A DNA stretch of 63,952 nucleotides from NCBI GenBank assembly GCA_023701005.1, contig JAMPXW010000004.1, positions 1 to 63,952 on the forward strand, given 5' to 3'. The notes below the pieces were generated by a model. That model had not been told where the DNA came from. It was given only the letters and a program-made list of their open reading frames with translations, and did no database searches. This document shows positions 50,835 to 60,501 of this stretch, piece by piece (the first letter of the stretch is position 1; the number at the start of each line of letters is the position of its first letter). Source of the stretch: Burkholderiales bacterium (GTDB taxonomy: Bacteria > Patescibacteriota > Minisyncoccia > Phycocordibacterales > UBA9973). The position numbers and the translations under genes were made by a program.

Positions 50835-51224
50835 ATGAAAAAATCAACAGCTTATTCTATTTGGGGAGTTCTTATTCTTGCTTTAGCTGTTGTTGTATTA
50901 ATTAACAACAAAGAGAAAGAAAGCATAAGAATAGCTACTTACAATTTTTCTGGGGTTGTGAGTTTTGAAAAATTTGTAGATAAATTGAGCGGCAAAACAG
51001 ACATATCAGAAATGAAGATATCTCAAGAAGGCTGTTTTTATACAGTTCTTCGTTTTTCTAAAGAAACAAGATTTTTCTTTAATGGAAAAGAATTTTTGCT
51101 TAGAGATTCTTTAAAAATTAAAGAAATATATCTAAAAGAAAAAGATATTGCAATCGCTATTATATTTCCGCAAAATAGTAAATTTGGCAAACTTAAAGAA
51201 GTTGCAATAAAAGATAAAAGTTAA
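50835..51224 (+). CDS. Hypothetical membrane-anchored/secreted protein
   Basis: Strong AGGAGG RBS, an N-terminal hydrophobic helix, and a terminator downstream. Confidence 0.65.
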   Translation: MKKSTAYSIWGVLILALAVVVLINNKEKESIRIATYNFSGVVSFEKFVDKLSGKTDISEMKISQEGCFYTVLRFSKETRFFFNGKEFLLRDSLKIKEIYLKEKDIAIAIIFPQNSKFGKLKEVAIKDKS

Positions 51225-51231
51225 AATTCTA

Positions 51232-51255
51232 AGCCCGTCATATTTTTGGCGGGCT
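51232..51255. terminator. Intrinsic terminator
   Basis: AGCCCG-12 nt-CGGGCT followed by TTTTAT, between convergent genes. Confidence 0.7.
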
Positions 51256-51256
51256 T

Positions 51257-51994
51257 TTATTTATTTAAATAGTATTTTAATGTATAAATCCAGTCTTCAT
51301 CATCTGGGCTTTCTTTTTCTTTTGTTTCCAAAAACCATTCTAGATATCCACGATCTGTATTTGCGACTTCTTCTACTGTTTTGCCATTATGTTTACCAAA
51401 AGAAAATGAATACATGAGTGAAGGTCTTGCAGATATTGCAATCATTTCTTTTAATACTTCTTTATCACTTAATTCTTTTTCCCTGTCTGCCGAGGAAGTA
51501 GATTTTTTGATTTTATCAAAAAGTCTTTCATATAATTTTTCTAAAACTAAAACATCCCCCAATGCGTCGTGAGCTGTGGCTTCTATTTCTATATCTAAAA
51601 AATAACGTAAAAATTGAAGTTTGTGCTGTGGAATTTTATTTTCCTTGTCTAATGCTCTAGCTACGCGTAATGTGCAAATAATGTTTTTAGGATTTATACC
51701 TTCTTTTTTTATCATTGCCAAATCAAATTTGGCATTGTGAGCCACAACTACAGAATTTTCATCTTCAAAAAGTTCTTTTATTTTTTTGTAATTAGAACTA
51801 TCTTTGAAAGATGGTTTGTCTTCCACCATTTTGTTTGTGATGTGGTGCACGGCAGATGCTTCAGCTGGTATCTTTATTTCTGGTTTGTATAATTCGCAAA
51901 AAGTTTCGTCTTTTATTTTATAAGCGAGCTGACATAAAAAGTCTTTAGTATCTACGCCTGTTGTCTCTGTATCAAAAAATATGATGTTATTCAT
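51257..51994 (-). CDS. DEDDh 3'-5' exonuclease (DnaQ/epsilon-like) with a C-terminal helical domain
   Basis: ExoI FFDTETTG, ExoII VVAHNAKFDL, ExoIII HDALGDV. Confidence 0.88.
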   Translation of the reverse strand: MNNIIFFDTETTGVDTKDFLCQLAYKIKDETFCELYKPEIKIPAEASAVHHITNKMVEDKPSFKDSSNYKKIKELFEDENSVVVAHNAKFDLAMIKKEGINPKNIICTLRVARALDKENKIPQHKLQFLRYFLDIEIEATAHDALGDVLVLEKLYERLFDKIKKSTSSADREKELSDKEVLKEMIAISARPSLMYSFSFGKHNGKTVEEVANTDRGYLEWFLETKEKESPDDEDWIYTLKYYLNK

Positions 51995-52190
51995 ATTGGT
52001 ATTTTACCATAGTTTTGATACAATATAAAAAGAAATGTTATTTTTAAAAAGCAATCTATCTGGCAAAGCTTTGCCAGCGAACTGCTCGTCGCTCAAGAAA
52101 ATAATAAATAGAATACTATTTTTATTTTCTAAGCTTCTGCGCAAGGCTTTTTAATAACAACATTTCTTTTTAATTAAAATAAATAATTTT

Positions 52191-52640
52191 ATGTTACATG
52201 AACAAATAAAAAATAGTATAAAAGAAGCGATGTTGGCTAAAGACGCAGTTTTACTAGAGACATTACGTGCCATGGTGACGGCTTTTACAAATGAACTTAT
52301 TTCTAAAAATAGAAAGCCTACAGAATTTTTAAATGATGAAGAAGCTTTAGTTGTGATTACTCGTTTGTCTAAGCAGAGAAAAGATTCGATAGAACAATTT
52401 AAAAAGGGCAATAGAGAAGATTTGGTGGAAGTAGAAGAATCTCAATTGGCTATATTAGAAAAATATTTACCAAAGTTGATGGATAAAAGCGAGATAGAAA
52501 AGATAGCACAAATAAAGAAAGAAGAGCTTGCAATTAGTGAAGCCACAGACAAAGGTAAGCTCATGCAAGCTTTGATGAAAGAATTAAAAGGTAAGGCAGA
52601 TGGTTCTCTTGTAAAAGAAGTTGTGGATGCTTTATTTTAA
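52191..52640 (+). CDS. GatB/YqeY domain protein
   Basis: ..IKEAMLAKD...L..L.. and KG.ADG..V...V profile typical of YqeY. Confidence 0.85.
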   Translation: MLHEQIKNSIKEAMLAKDAVLLETLRAMVTAFTNELISKNRKPTEFLNDEEALVVITRLSKQRKDSIEQFKKGNREDLVEVEESQLAILEKYLPKLMDKSEIEKIAQIKKEELAISEATDKGKLMQALMKELKGKADGSLVKEVVDALF

Positions 52641-52643
52641 TTT

Positions 52644-53264
52644 ATGTACACAGTCAAATTTTTAACTACTCTTGTAGAACATCATCAAATATTAGCTTAT
52701 GCTATCATCTTTTTAGGTTTGATTTTTGAGGGGGAAGTCATCGTCATCACTACTGGAGTGCTTTGTTATTTAGGGGCGTTAGATTTTACTTTGTCACTCA
52801 TTCTCATATTTACTGGAAGTTTTGTAAAGACTTTTGCCTTATACTATATTGGTGAAGTTATGAACAGTAAATTTAGTCATAGTAAATTTTTCCAATATAT
52901 AGAAAGAAGAGTTTTTTATTTTATGCCTAGATTTAAACAAAAACCTTTCTGGTCTATATTTTTGTCAAAATTTATAATGGGGACAAATTATTTAGTTATT
53001 CTTTTTTCTGGATATAACAAAATTAGTTTAAAGACTTTTTTGAAAGCAGAAATAATATCTACCATCATTTGGGCTCCAGCATTATTGTCTTTAGGATATT
53101 TCTTTAGCCAGACAGCTATTTCTGTGAGTAAGGAGATAGGGAAGTTTTCTCTTGTGATACTCGGTTTGGTGATAGTATTTCTTCTTTTCGACAAGATTGT
53201 TTCTTCTCTGTATACTTTTTATGAATATTTGAAAAATGGAATTAATGGCAATGGGCATCATTAA
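52644..53264 (+). CDS. DedA/VTT-family membrane protein
   Basis: Polytopic protein. The N-terminal ..IIFLGLIFEGEVIVITTG.. is typical of DedA. Confidence 0.6.
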   Translation: MYTVKFLTTLVEHHQILAYAIIFLGLIFEGEVIVITTGVLCYLGALDFTLSLILIFTGSFVKTFALYYIGEVMNSKFSHSKFFQYIERRVFYFMPRFKQKPFWSIFLSKFIMGTNYLVILFSGYNKISLKTFLKAEIISTIIWAPALLSLGYFFSQTAISVSKEIGKFSLVILGLVIVFLLFDKIVSSLYTFYEYLKNGINGNGHH

Positions 53265-54183
53265 AAAATTATTAGAATTTAATATTTTAAAACCTAAAGT
53301 GAAATTAATTACTCACAATGGATCTTTCCATGCCGATGATGTTTTCGCTGCAGCTACCCTGTCTTTATTGTTAGAAAAAAAGGGGAAGAACTTCGAAATC
53401 ATTCGCACACGTGATCCTAAAATAATAGAAAAGGGTGATTACGTTTTTGATGTAGGTGGTGTGTATGATAAAGATCTAAATAGATTTGATCATCATCAAT
53501 TGAGTTTCAAAGAAATGCGAAAAGATAATATTTTTTATTCTTCTTTTGGCTTAGTTTGGAATAAATTTGGATCAGAGCTTACTCAATCAGAAAAAGCTGC
53601 AGATTTTATTGATCAAAAACTTGTTGCCTCCATAGATGCTTCTGATAATGGTTTTGATTTAGTTGAAAATAAATATGATGTGTCTCCTTACTTTATGCAA
53701 TATTTTTTCTTTGCCATGAATCCGACTTGGAATGAAAATAATCTTACCAATGATGAAATGTTTTTGAAGAGCGTAGAAATAGCCAAAGTTCTTTTAAAAA
53801 GAGAGATCATTCAAGCGAAAGATTTTATATTAGCTGAAGATAGAATAAAAAAAGATTATGAAAAAGCTGAAGACAAAAGAATTGTTATTTTAGATAAAGA
53901 TTATTCTTATGAAAATGTTTTAAATAAATATTCTGAGCCATTGTTTGTGATATATCCTAGGACAGACAAAATATCTTGGGGGGTTAGAGCTATCAGAGAA
54001 GACCCAAAGAGTTTTAAAAATAAAAAAGATTTTCCAAAAAATTGGGGAGGTTTGCGTGAGGAAGAATTACAAAAAGTGACAGGCATAGAAGATGCAATAT
54101 TTTGTCATCGAGCACTTTTCTTAGCTGTGGCAAAATCTAAAGAAGGAGCTATAAAATTAGCAAATTTAGCACTTTCAGTGTAA
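53236..54183 (+). CDS. MYG1/UPF0160-family metal-dependent hydrolase
   Basis: THNGSFHADDVFA and DVGGVYD...RFDHHQ motifs. The start is uncertain among M1, M4 and M6. Confidence 0.85.
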   Translation: MELMAMGIIKKLLEFNILKPKVKLITHNGSFHADDVFAAATLSLLLEKKGKNFEIIRTRDPKIIEKGDYVFDVGGVYDKDLNRFDHHQLSFKEMRKDNIFYSSFGLVWNKFGSELTQSEKAADFIDQKLVASIDASDNGFDLVENKYDVSPYFMQYFFFAMNPTWNENNLTNDEMFLKSVEIAKVLLKREIIQAKDFILAEDRIKKDYEKAEDKRIVILDKDYSYENVLNKYSEPLFVIYPRTDKISWGVRAIREDPKSFKNKKDFPKNWGGLREEELQKVTGIEDAIFCHRALFLAVAKSKEGAIKLANLALSV

Positions 54184-54277
54184 AATTAAGAAAATCAAAA
54201 ATTTTGGAGCCTTCGCCCTCGGAGTCATAAGGACAGGGGACCCACGACTCTTAAAATTTTTATTTTCATAATTTTAC

Positions 54278-55288
54278 ATGGCTTTTATAGATGAAATAAA
54301 AATATATGGAGAAGCAGGACGTGGTGGAAACGGCGTTGTTCGTTGGCGCCAAGAGAAATTTATACCAAAAGGAGGGCCTGCTGGTGGTGATGGAGGACGT
54401 GGTGGTGATTTTTATGCTATGGCTGTGAGAGACGTACACATACTTTCAAAATATAAAGCAAAGAAAAGTTTTATAGCCGAGAAGGGGGAAGACGGTGGTA
54501 ATAAAAGTTTGCATGGCAAAAAAGGGGGAGATTATATTTTAGAATTGCCCATCGGATCCATCATTACAAATTTAGATACAGAAGAATCTTGGCAATTGTT
54601 AGAAGAAGGACAAAAGATTTTACTCTTGAAAGGTGGGTATGGAGGCTTTGGAAATGAACATTTTAAAAGTTCCACGAATACAACTCCAAAAGAATGGCGT
54701 CCTGGTGAAGAAGGAGAAAGAGGTAATTTTCATATAGAATTAGAACTTTTTGCTGATATTGGCCTGGTGGGCCTTCCAAATGCCGGTAAATCGTCATTAT
54801 TGAACTCTGTGACCAATGCTGATGCAAAAGTAGGTGATTATGCGTTTACTACTTTAGACCCTAATCTGGGTGATTTTTACGGATACACAATAGCAGACAT
54901 TCCAGGACTCATAGAAGGTGCAAATACTGGTAAAGGTTTGGGTGTTAAATTTTTAAGACATATAAAACGCACAAAGATGATCGCTCATCTTGTGTCATTT
55001 GAAAATCTTTCAAAGGGCACGACTGGAATGATGAAAGTATATAAAGAGATTCGTAAAGAATTAGAAAAGTATGATAAGAATTTAGGTTTAGGGAATGAAG
55101 GTCTTTCACAAAAAGATGAAATAATTATTCTCACAAAAATGGATGTAGTAGAAGATGAGAAGATAATAGATAAAAAAATAGCAGATTTCAAAAAGATAAG
55201 TAAAAAAGTTTTTGCGCTTTCTTTATTTGATGATAAGTCTGTAAAGAAGCTCAAAGATGAATTGATAAAAATTCTACAAAAGAAATAA
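54278..55288 (+). CDS. obg: GTPase Obg
   Basis: Glycine-rich Obg fold (GRGGNGVV..GGPAGGDGGRGGD). G domain with GLPNAGKSSLL and DIPGLIEGA. Confidence 0.95.
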   Translation: MAFIDEIKIYGEAGRGGNGVVRWRQEKFIPKGGPAGGDGGRGGDFYAMAVRDVHILSKYKAKKSFIAEKGEDGGNKSLHGKKGGDYILELPIGSIITNLDTEESWQLLEEGQKILLLKGGYGGFGNEHFKSSTNTTPKEWRPGEEGERGNFHIELELFADIGLVGLPNAGKSSLLNSVTNADAKVGDYAFTTLDPNLGDFYGYTIADIPGLIEGANTGKGLGVKFLRHIKRTKMIAHLVSFENLSKGTTGMMKVYKEIRKELEKYDKNLGLGNEGLSQKDEIIILTKMDVVEDEKIIDKKIADFKKISKKVFALSLFDDKSVKKLKDELIKILQKK

Positions 55289-55308
55289 AAAATGATAATA
55301 TAAAAAAT

Positions 55309-56796
55309 ATGGAAAAGAAATATTATCCTACAATTGGTTTGGAGATACATGCGGAATTGAAAACAAATACAAAGATGTTTTGTAGTTGTAAAAATGATCC
55401 TGATGAAGAAAATCCTAATGTGAATATTTGCCCTGTGTGTATGGCACATCCAGGAGCATTACCTGTAATAAACAAGAAGGCTATTGAAAATGTTATAAAA
55501 GTTGGTTTAGCTATCGGAGGTAATATTGCTGATTTTACAGAATTTGATCGTAAAAATTATTTTTATCCAGACATACCAAAAGGTTATCAGATTTCTCAAT
55601 ATAAATATCCTATAGTTTCTGGAGGCAATCTGGCAGATTTTGATGTAACACGTGTGCATTTGGAAGAAGACACCGCAAATAATAAACACAGAGACGGAGC
55701 TCCCCCCGAAGCCCAGCTTAGGGGAAATTCCCCTAAGCTGGGCTTCGGGGAAGATGGATACTCTTTGATTGATTTCAATCGTGCAGGGGTTCCTCTTATG
55801 GAGCTCGTCACAGAGCCTATAACTTTTGAAAATACTGAAAGTGCAGCCAAGGCAGCATCTTTATTTGCAAAAGAACTTCAACTTATTTTGTGGTATTTGG
55901 GTGTATCTGAAGCAAATATGGAAAAAGGAGAAATGCGAGTAGAGGCAAATATTTCAGCATCAGACGATAAAAGTAAATTAGGCACAAAAGTTGAAGTTAA
56001 GAATTTGAATTCTTTCAAGAGTGTTGAAAAAGCTATTAAATTTGAATTAGATAGGATGATAGATCTTTTGGAAAATAATAAAGGAGAAGAGATAATTCAA
56101 GAGACTCGTGGATGGGATGAAAGTAAACAAAAAACATTTTCACAAAGAAAAAAGGAATCTAGTCATGATTATAGATATTTTCCAGAACCAGATTTACCAA
56201 AAATGAAATTGCATGAAGTTTTTAATTTAGAAGAAATGAAAAAGGTTTTACCAGAGTTGCCACAAGAAAAAAGATTGAGATACAAAAATGATTTTGGAAT
56301 TAAAGATGAAGATATAGAAAGTTATATAAATGACAAAGATCTCGGTGCATGGTTTGAAGAGATAGCAAAAATATTAAATGATAAAGACAAAATAAAATTA
56401 ACATCAAATTATATTACATCAGATTATTTAGGTCTTAAAAAAACTCAGCCGGATGCCAAGTGCCCGTCTGCAGAAAATTTTGCAGAACTCATGAATATGG
56501 TAGCAGGTAATAAAATATCTTCTCGTGTGGCAAAAGATATATTGGCTAAGATTGTATTGAAAGACGAATCTTCTCTTCTTATTGCAGAAAGAGAAGGATT
56601 GTTGCAGAAAAATGATGAAGGAGAAGTCAAAGTCATTGTGCAAAAGATAATAAATGAGAATCCTGATGTTGTGGCTATATATAAAGGTGGAAAAGAAAAT
56701 GCTCTAATGTCTTTAGTTGGTAAGGTTATAAAGGAAAGTAAAGGTAGTGCTAATCCACAAATAGTTATTAAAATTTTGAAAGAAGAATTACAATAA
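55309..56796 (+). CDS. gatB: Asp/Glu-tRNA amidotransferase subunit B
   Basis: IGLEIHAELKT..KMFCSC, CPVCMAHPGALP, HLEEDT and DFNRAGVPLMELV motifs. Contains an in-frame palindromic insert. Confidence 0.95.
   Translation: MEKKYYPTIGLEIHAELKTNTKMFCSCKNDPDEENPNVNICPVCMAHPGALPVINKKAIENVIKVGLAIGGNIADFTEFDRKNYFYPDIPKGYQISQYKYPIVSGGNLADFDVTRVHLEEDTANNKHRDGAPPEAQLRGNSPKLGFGEDGYSLIDFNRAGVPLMELVTEPITFENTESAAKAASLFAKELQLILWYLGVSEANMEKGEMRVEANISASDDKSKLGTKVEVKNLNSFKSVEKAIKFELDRMIDLLENNKGEEIIQETRGWDESKQKTFSQRKKESSHDYRYFPEPDLPKMKLHEVFNLEEMKKVLPELPQEKRLRYKNDFGIKDEDIESYINDKDLGAWFEEIAKILNDKDKIKLTSNYITSDYLGLKKTQPDAKCPSAENFAELMNMVAGNKISSRVAKDILAKIVLKDESSLLIAEREGLLQKNDEGEVKVIVQKIINENPDVVAIYKGGKENALMSLVGKVIKESKGSANPQIVIKILKEELQ
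55704..55750. repeat. 47-bp perfect GC-rich palindrome inserted in frame in gatB (same family as the lepA copy)
   Basis: CCCCGAAGCCCAGCTTAGGGGAA-A-TTCCCCTAAGCTGGGCTTCGGGG. Confidence 0.9.
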
Positions 56797-56800
56797 ATAA

Positions 56801-57664
56801 ATGAAATTTAATTTTGAAAATATAAAAAAAGTAGTTAAAACAGGAACTATTTTGGGTGGTGCTGCTTTGATACCATTTTCTTCAACAATTGAAAAAGGGA
56901 ATAATAATTCTGAGAAAGAATTGTCAGAATTAAATAAAGAAGAAATTAGCCATACTATAAATGTTGGAGAGTTTAAAGATTATGCTAAATTGCCTACCAT
57001 AAAAGGATTTTATGAAGCAGAAGAGAAATATCAAGGAGGCAAAGAAAATGTAATCTTATTACAAGATATTTCTAATTTAGAAAATCAATTTTCCAAATTA
57101 TCAAAAGGGAAGGCAGATATAGAACCTGGAAGTTTTGCTATCATTTCTCGTCTAGATTTAGCAGGCAAAGGAATAGAAGATGAATTTAGTGAAAAAATTA
57201 AAAGTTATAGAGGTGAAGATGTTACAAGTTTTTCGCCACTGAATAATGCATTAATCACTCGCGAGGTATCTGGTATTGTGGAAGATTCAACAATTAATAA
57301 TCAAAATAGTAATCATAATACAAAAATTTTCAGTACGGACCTTAATTCAAGAAAAGAAGTAAATAAATTTAGTGAACATATTAATATTAGTGATTATAAA
57401 TATAATAGGCCAGCTTATTATTTTGTCATAGCTCAAGAACATGACGAGAATTCTATTACGTTAAAATTAAAAACAATTTCTTCTAAGGATGAAAAAGTGA
57501 TAGACGAATTTTCTTTTAAGGAAGAATTACCAGATGGTGATCGATTTGGTCAGATTTTTGATGATTTAGTAAAAAAAGATATAGCACCGAAATTGGCTCA
57601 AAAAATTCAGGAAAAAATTCATGAATATAAATTAGATCAAAATAATGATGGAAAAGGATATTAA
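56801..57664 (+). CDS. Hypothetical secreted/membrane-anchored protein
   Basis: 287-aa ORF tightly packed after gatB, with an N-terminal hydrophobic segment and no recognised domain. Confidence 0.6.
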   Translation: MKFNFENIKKVVKTGTILGGAALIPFSSTIEKGNNNSEKELSELNKEEISHTINVGEFKDYAKLPTIKGFYEAEEKYQGGKENVILLQDISNLENQFSKLSKGKADIEPGSFAIISRLDLAGKGIEDEFSEKIKSYRGEDVTSFSPLNNALITREVSGIVEDSTINNQNSNHNTKIFSTDLNSRKEVNKFSEHINISDYKYNRPAYYFVIAQEHDENSITLKLKTISSKDEKVIDEFSFKEELPDGDRFGQIFDDLVKKDIAPKLAQKIQEKIHEYKLDQNNDGKGY

Positions 57665-57692
57665 TATTAAAAATTAATGTTAAAATAATAAT

Positions 57693-58565
57693 ATGAAAAC
57701 TTTAAGAGAATACATCAAAGAAGCTGAAGAAAAAAAGGTGGCCATAGGACATTTTAATATTTCAAATTTAGAAGCTTTGCATGGTATCTATAATGCAGCA
57801 AAGAGATTAAATGTTCCTGTTATTATCGGCTTATCAGAAGGAGAGGAGAAATTTGTAGGGAAAGAAGAAGCCGTGGCTTTAGTAAGAGCTATTCAAAAGA
57901 GGGATGACTATCCTATTTTTTTAAATGCGGATCATCATTATGGTTTTGATTCTGTTAAGGGTGCGATAGATGCAGGGTATGACGCAGCGATAATAGACAG
58001 AGTAGAATTATCCTTAGAAGAAAATATTGTGCTTACAAAGAAATGTGTTGATTATGCAAAAGAATTTTCAGAATCTAATAATAAAGATATTTTGATTGAA
58101 GCAGAGCTTGGTTTTATTGGTGTATCCTCCAAACTTCTCGATGATATTCCTGAAGGAGTGAGTGAAGACACAATGACAAAACCCGAAGATGCAAAATACT
58201 TTGTAGAGAGAACAGGGATTGATCTTTTGGCGCCTTCTGTGGGTAATATTCATGGAATGGTGAAGGGCGGCAACCCAAAGCTTGATATTGAAAGAATAAA
58301 AACAATTCGTGAAGCTTCTAATGTTCCTCTTGTATTACATGGTGGTTCAGGAATTTCCGATGAAGATTTTAAAGAAGCTATAAAAGCTGGGATTTCTATA
58401 ATTCATATAAACACAGAGATAAGAGTGGCTTATAAAGAAGCTGTAGAAAAATATTTGGATGAGAATGAAAAAGAAGTCGCCCCTTATAAAATATTACAAC
58501 CAGCCGTAGAAGCAATAGAAAAAGTTGTAGAATCTCGCTTAAAACTTTTCAATAATTTAGAATAA
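57693..58565 (+). CDS. fba: Class II fructose-bisphosphate aldolase
   Basis: HFNISN, NADHH, GNIHG and LHGGSG motifs. Confidence 0.9.
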   Translation: MKTLREYIKEAEEKKVAIGHFNISNLEALHGIYNAAKRLNVPVIIGLSEGEEKFVGKEEAVALVRAIQKRDDYPIFLNADHHYGFDSVKGAIDAGYDAAIIDRVELSLEENIVLTKKCVDYAKEFSESNNKDILIEAELGFIGVSSKLLDDIPEGVSEDTMTKPEDAKYFVERTGIDLLAPSVGNIHGMVKGGNPKLDIERIKTIREASNVPLVLHGGSGISDEDFKEAIKAGISIIHINTEIRVAYKEAVEKYLDENEKEVAPYKILQPAVEAIEKVVESRLKLFNNLE

Positions 58566-58566
58566 T

Positions 58567-59148
58567 ATGGAAAAAATGAATTTTTTAAATAACAAAAAAG
58601 AGAATATTGTATATCAAGGTAAGATTATTGAAGTGATTAATGAAATTGTTAAATTAGAAAATGGTAAAGAAATTACCTTAGAAAAAGCTCGTCGTTCTCC
58701 AGGAGTTAGATTAATAATAAAAAATAAAGAAGGGAAATTTATATTAAATAAAGAGAAAAGACATGAATTAGATGAGATAGATTATCGTCTTCCCGGTGGA
58801 AAGGTTTTTGATACTTTACAGGAATATAATAATTTCTTAAAAGAGGGGAAAGATATTTTAGAAAAAGCAAAAGAAGCTGTAAAATTAGAAGCAATTCAAG
58901 AAGCAGGCATAGAACCAGAAGAAGTAAGATATTTGTCTACTTCTCATTGTGGGGCTACTGTCGATTGGGATTTAATTTATTTTTCTACTGAGAAGTTTAA
59001 GGAAGTTGAAAAACAACCCGAAGAAGGAGAAGAAATAGAAAATATAGAAGTTTCAGAGGAAGAATTGAAAGAGCTTATTTTTTCAGGAAAAATGCAAGAA
59101 GATAGAAGTGTCGCTGTGATTTTAAAATATTTAAATAAAAAAGAATAA
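58567..59148 (+). CDS. NUDIX hydrolase
   Basis: Nudix box-like LPGGKV...AVKLEAIQEAGIE. Confidence 0.7.
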   Translation: MEKMNFLNNKKENIVYQGKIIEVINEIVKLENGKEITLEKARRSPGVRLIIKNKEGKFILNKEKRHELDEIDYRLPGGKVFDTLQEYNNFLKEGKDILEKAKEAVKLEAIQEAGIEPEEVRYLSTSHCGATVDWDLIYFSTEKFKEVEKQPEEGEEIENIEVSEEELKELIFSGKMQEDRSVAVILKYLNKKE

Positions 59149-59226
59149 TATGTCTTCGCAAATTTTTAATATAATTAAAAACTTTTTACACCTGTTTCAA
59201 ATATTTTTTGATTAGGTAATAATTCT

Positions 59227-59757
59227 ATGGAATATATAGATATATGTGACAGTGATGGTAATTTGTTGGGGAAAATAGAATCGAAAGAAGAAGTTCACAA
59301 AAATGGATATTGGCATAAAGCAGCTCATGTTTGGATTTTAAATTCCAAAAAAGAATTATTGATACAAAAAAGATCACCCTTGAAAGATAATCATCCAAAT
59401 GAATGGGATATTTCCGCGGCTGGTCATGTTTCTGCTGGAGAAGATCTTATTACCACAGCTGTAAGAGAAACTGAAGAAGAGATCGGTTTAAAATTTAAAA
59501 AAGATGATTTTATTCAGATTGGGATAGTTAAGCAGACATCTGAAAGAGAAGGATATATTAATAAAGAAATTAATCCGATTTATATAATTAAAAAAGATTT
59601 GAATTTAAATGATATAAAAAAACAGCCAGAAGAAGTCTCGGAAGTTAAATTTATCCCATATAAAGAACTTGAATATTTTATTGAGAAAGAAGATCCATCT
59701 TTTGTTAAACATCCCAAAGAATATAAAATACTCTTTGATTATTTAAATAAAAATTAA
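59227..59757 (+). CDS. NUDIX hydrolase (Idi-like subgroup)
   Basis: WHKAAHVWI.., QKRS..K...P..WD.SAAGHV, and AVRETEEEIGL Nudix box. Confidence 0.8.
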   Translation: MEYIDICDSDGNLLGKIESKEEVHKNGYWHKAAHVWILNSKKELLIQKRSPLKDNHPNEWDISAAGHVSAGEDLITTAVRETEEEIGLKFKKDDFIQIGIVKQTSEREGYINKEINPIYIIKKDLNLNDIKKQPEEVSEVKFIPYKELEYFIEKEDPSFVKHPKEYKILFDYLNKN

Positions 59758-59807
59758 ATTATTTTTCTAGAGTTGCATTTTAAAAAATTTCGGGTATACT
59801 TTGATCT

Positions 59808-60458
59808 ATGTTTATAATTAAAGCTAAAAAGAGAAACGAGGGTATAAATTTAGATACATTAAGAGCCGGAGGTGAAATCCCAGCTGTTTTTTATGGAGCT
59901 GGCAATAAAACCACATCTATTTCTGTCCCTAAAGTAGAATTTAAAAAGATTTGGAGAGAAGCAGGAGAGTCTTCTACCATTAAAGTATCAATGGATGATA
60001 ATAATGTAGATGCTTTGATCCATGAAGTACAAGTGCATCCAGTCACAGAAGAACCAATACACGTAGATTTTTTGGTTGTTGATATGAACAAGAAAATTAA
60101 AGTTAATGTTCCTCTAGAATTCGTCGGTATTTCAAACGCTGTAAAGGGCGGATTAGGAAACCTCGTCAAATCATTACATGAAGTAGAAGTAGAAGCTTTA
60201 CCAAAAGATCTTCCACATGGTTTGGAAGTTGATATTGCTAAATTAGAAACTGTTGAAGATCAAATCTTTGTTTCAGATATCAAATTACCTTCAGGTGTAG
60301 AAATGGTTACAGGCGGAGAAGAAGTAGTAGCCTCTATTGTCTTACAAAAAGAAGAAAAAGAAGAAGTTGCTCAGCCAGTAGACTTATCTGCTATTGAAGT
60401 AGAGAAGAAAGGCAAGAAAGAAGAAGAGGGTGCAGAAGGTGCAGAAGAGGCAAAATAG
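59808..60458 (+). CDS. rplY: 50S ribosomal protein L25/general stress protein Ctc
   Basis: ..LRAGGEIPAVFYG.., ..VQVHPVTEEPIHVDF.., and an acidic/lysine-rich tail. Confidence 0.9.
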   Translation: MFIIKAKKRNEGINLDTLRAGGEIPAVFYGAGNKTTSISVPKVEFKKIWREAGESSTIKVSMDDNNVDALIHEVQVHPVTEEPIHVDFLVVDMNKKIKVNVPLEFVGISNAVKGGLGNLVKSLHEVEVEALPKDLPHGLEVDIAKLETVEDQIFVSDIKLPSGVEMVTGGEEVVASIVLQKEEKEEVAQPVDLSAIEVEKKGKKEEEGAEGAEEAK

Positions 60459-60501
60459 TAAATTTATTCAATAAAATAAAGGTTATGCTATAATAGAGAC
60501 T

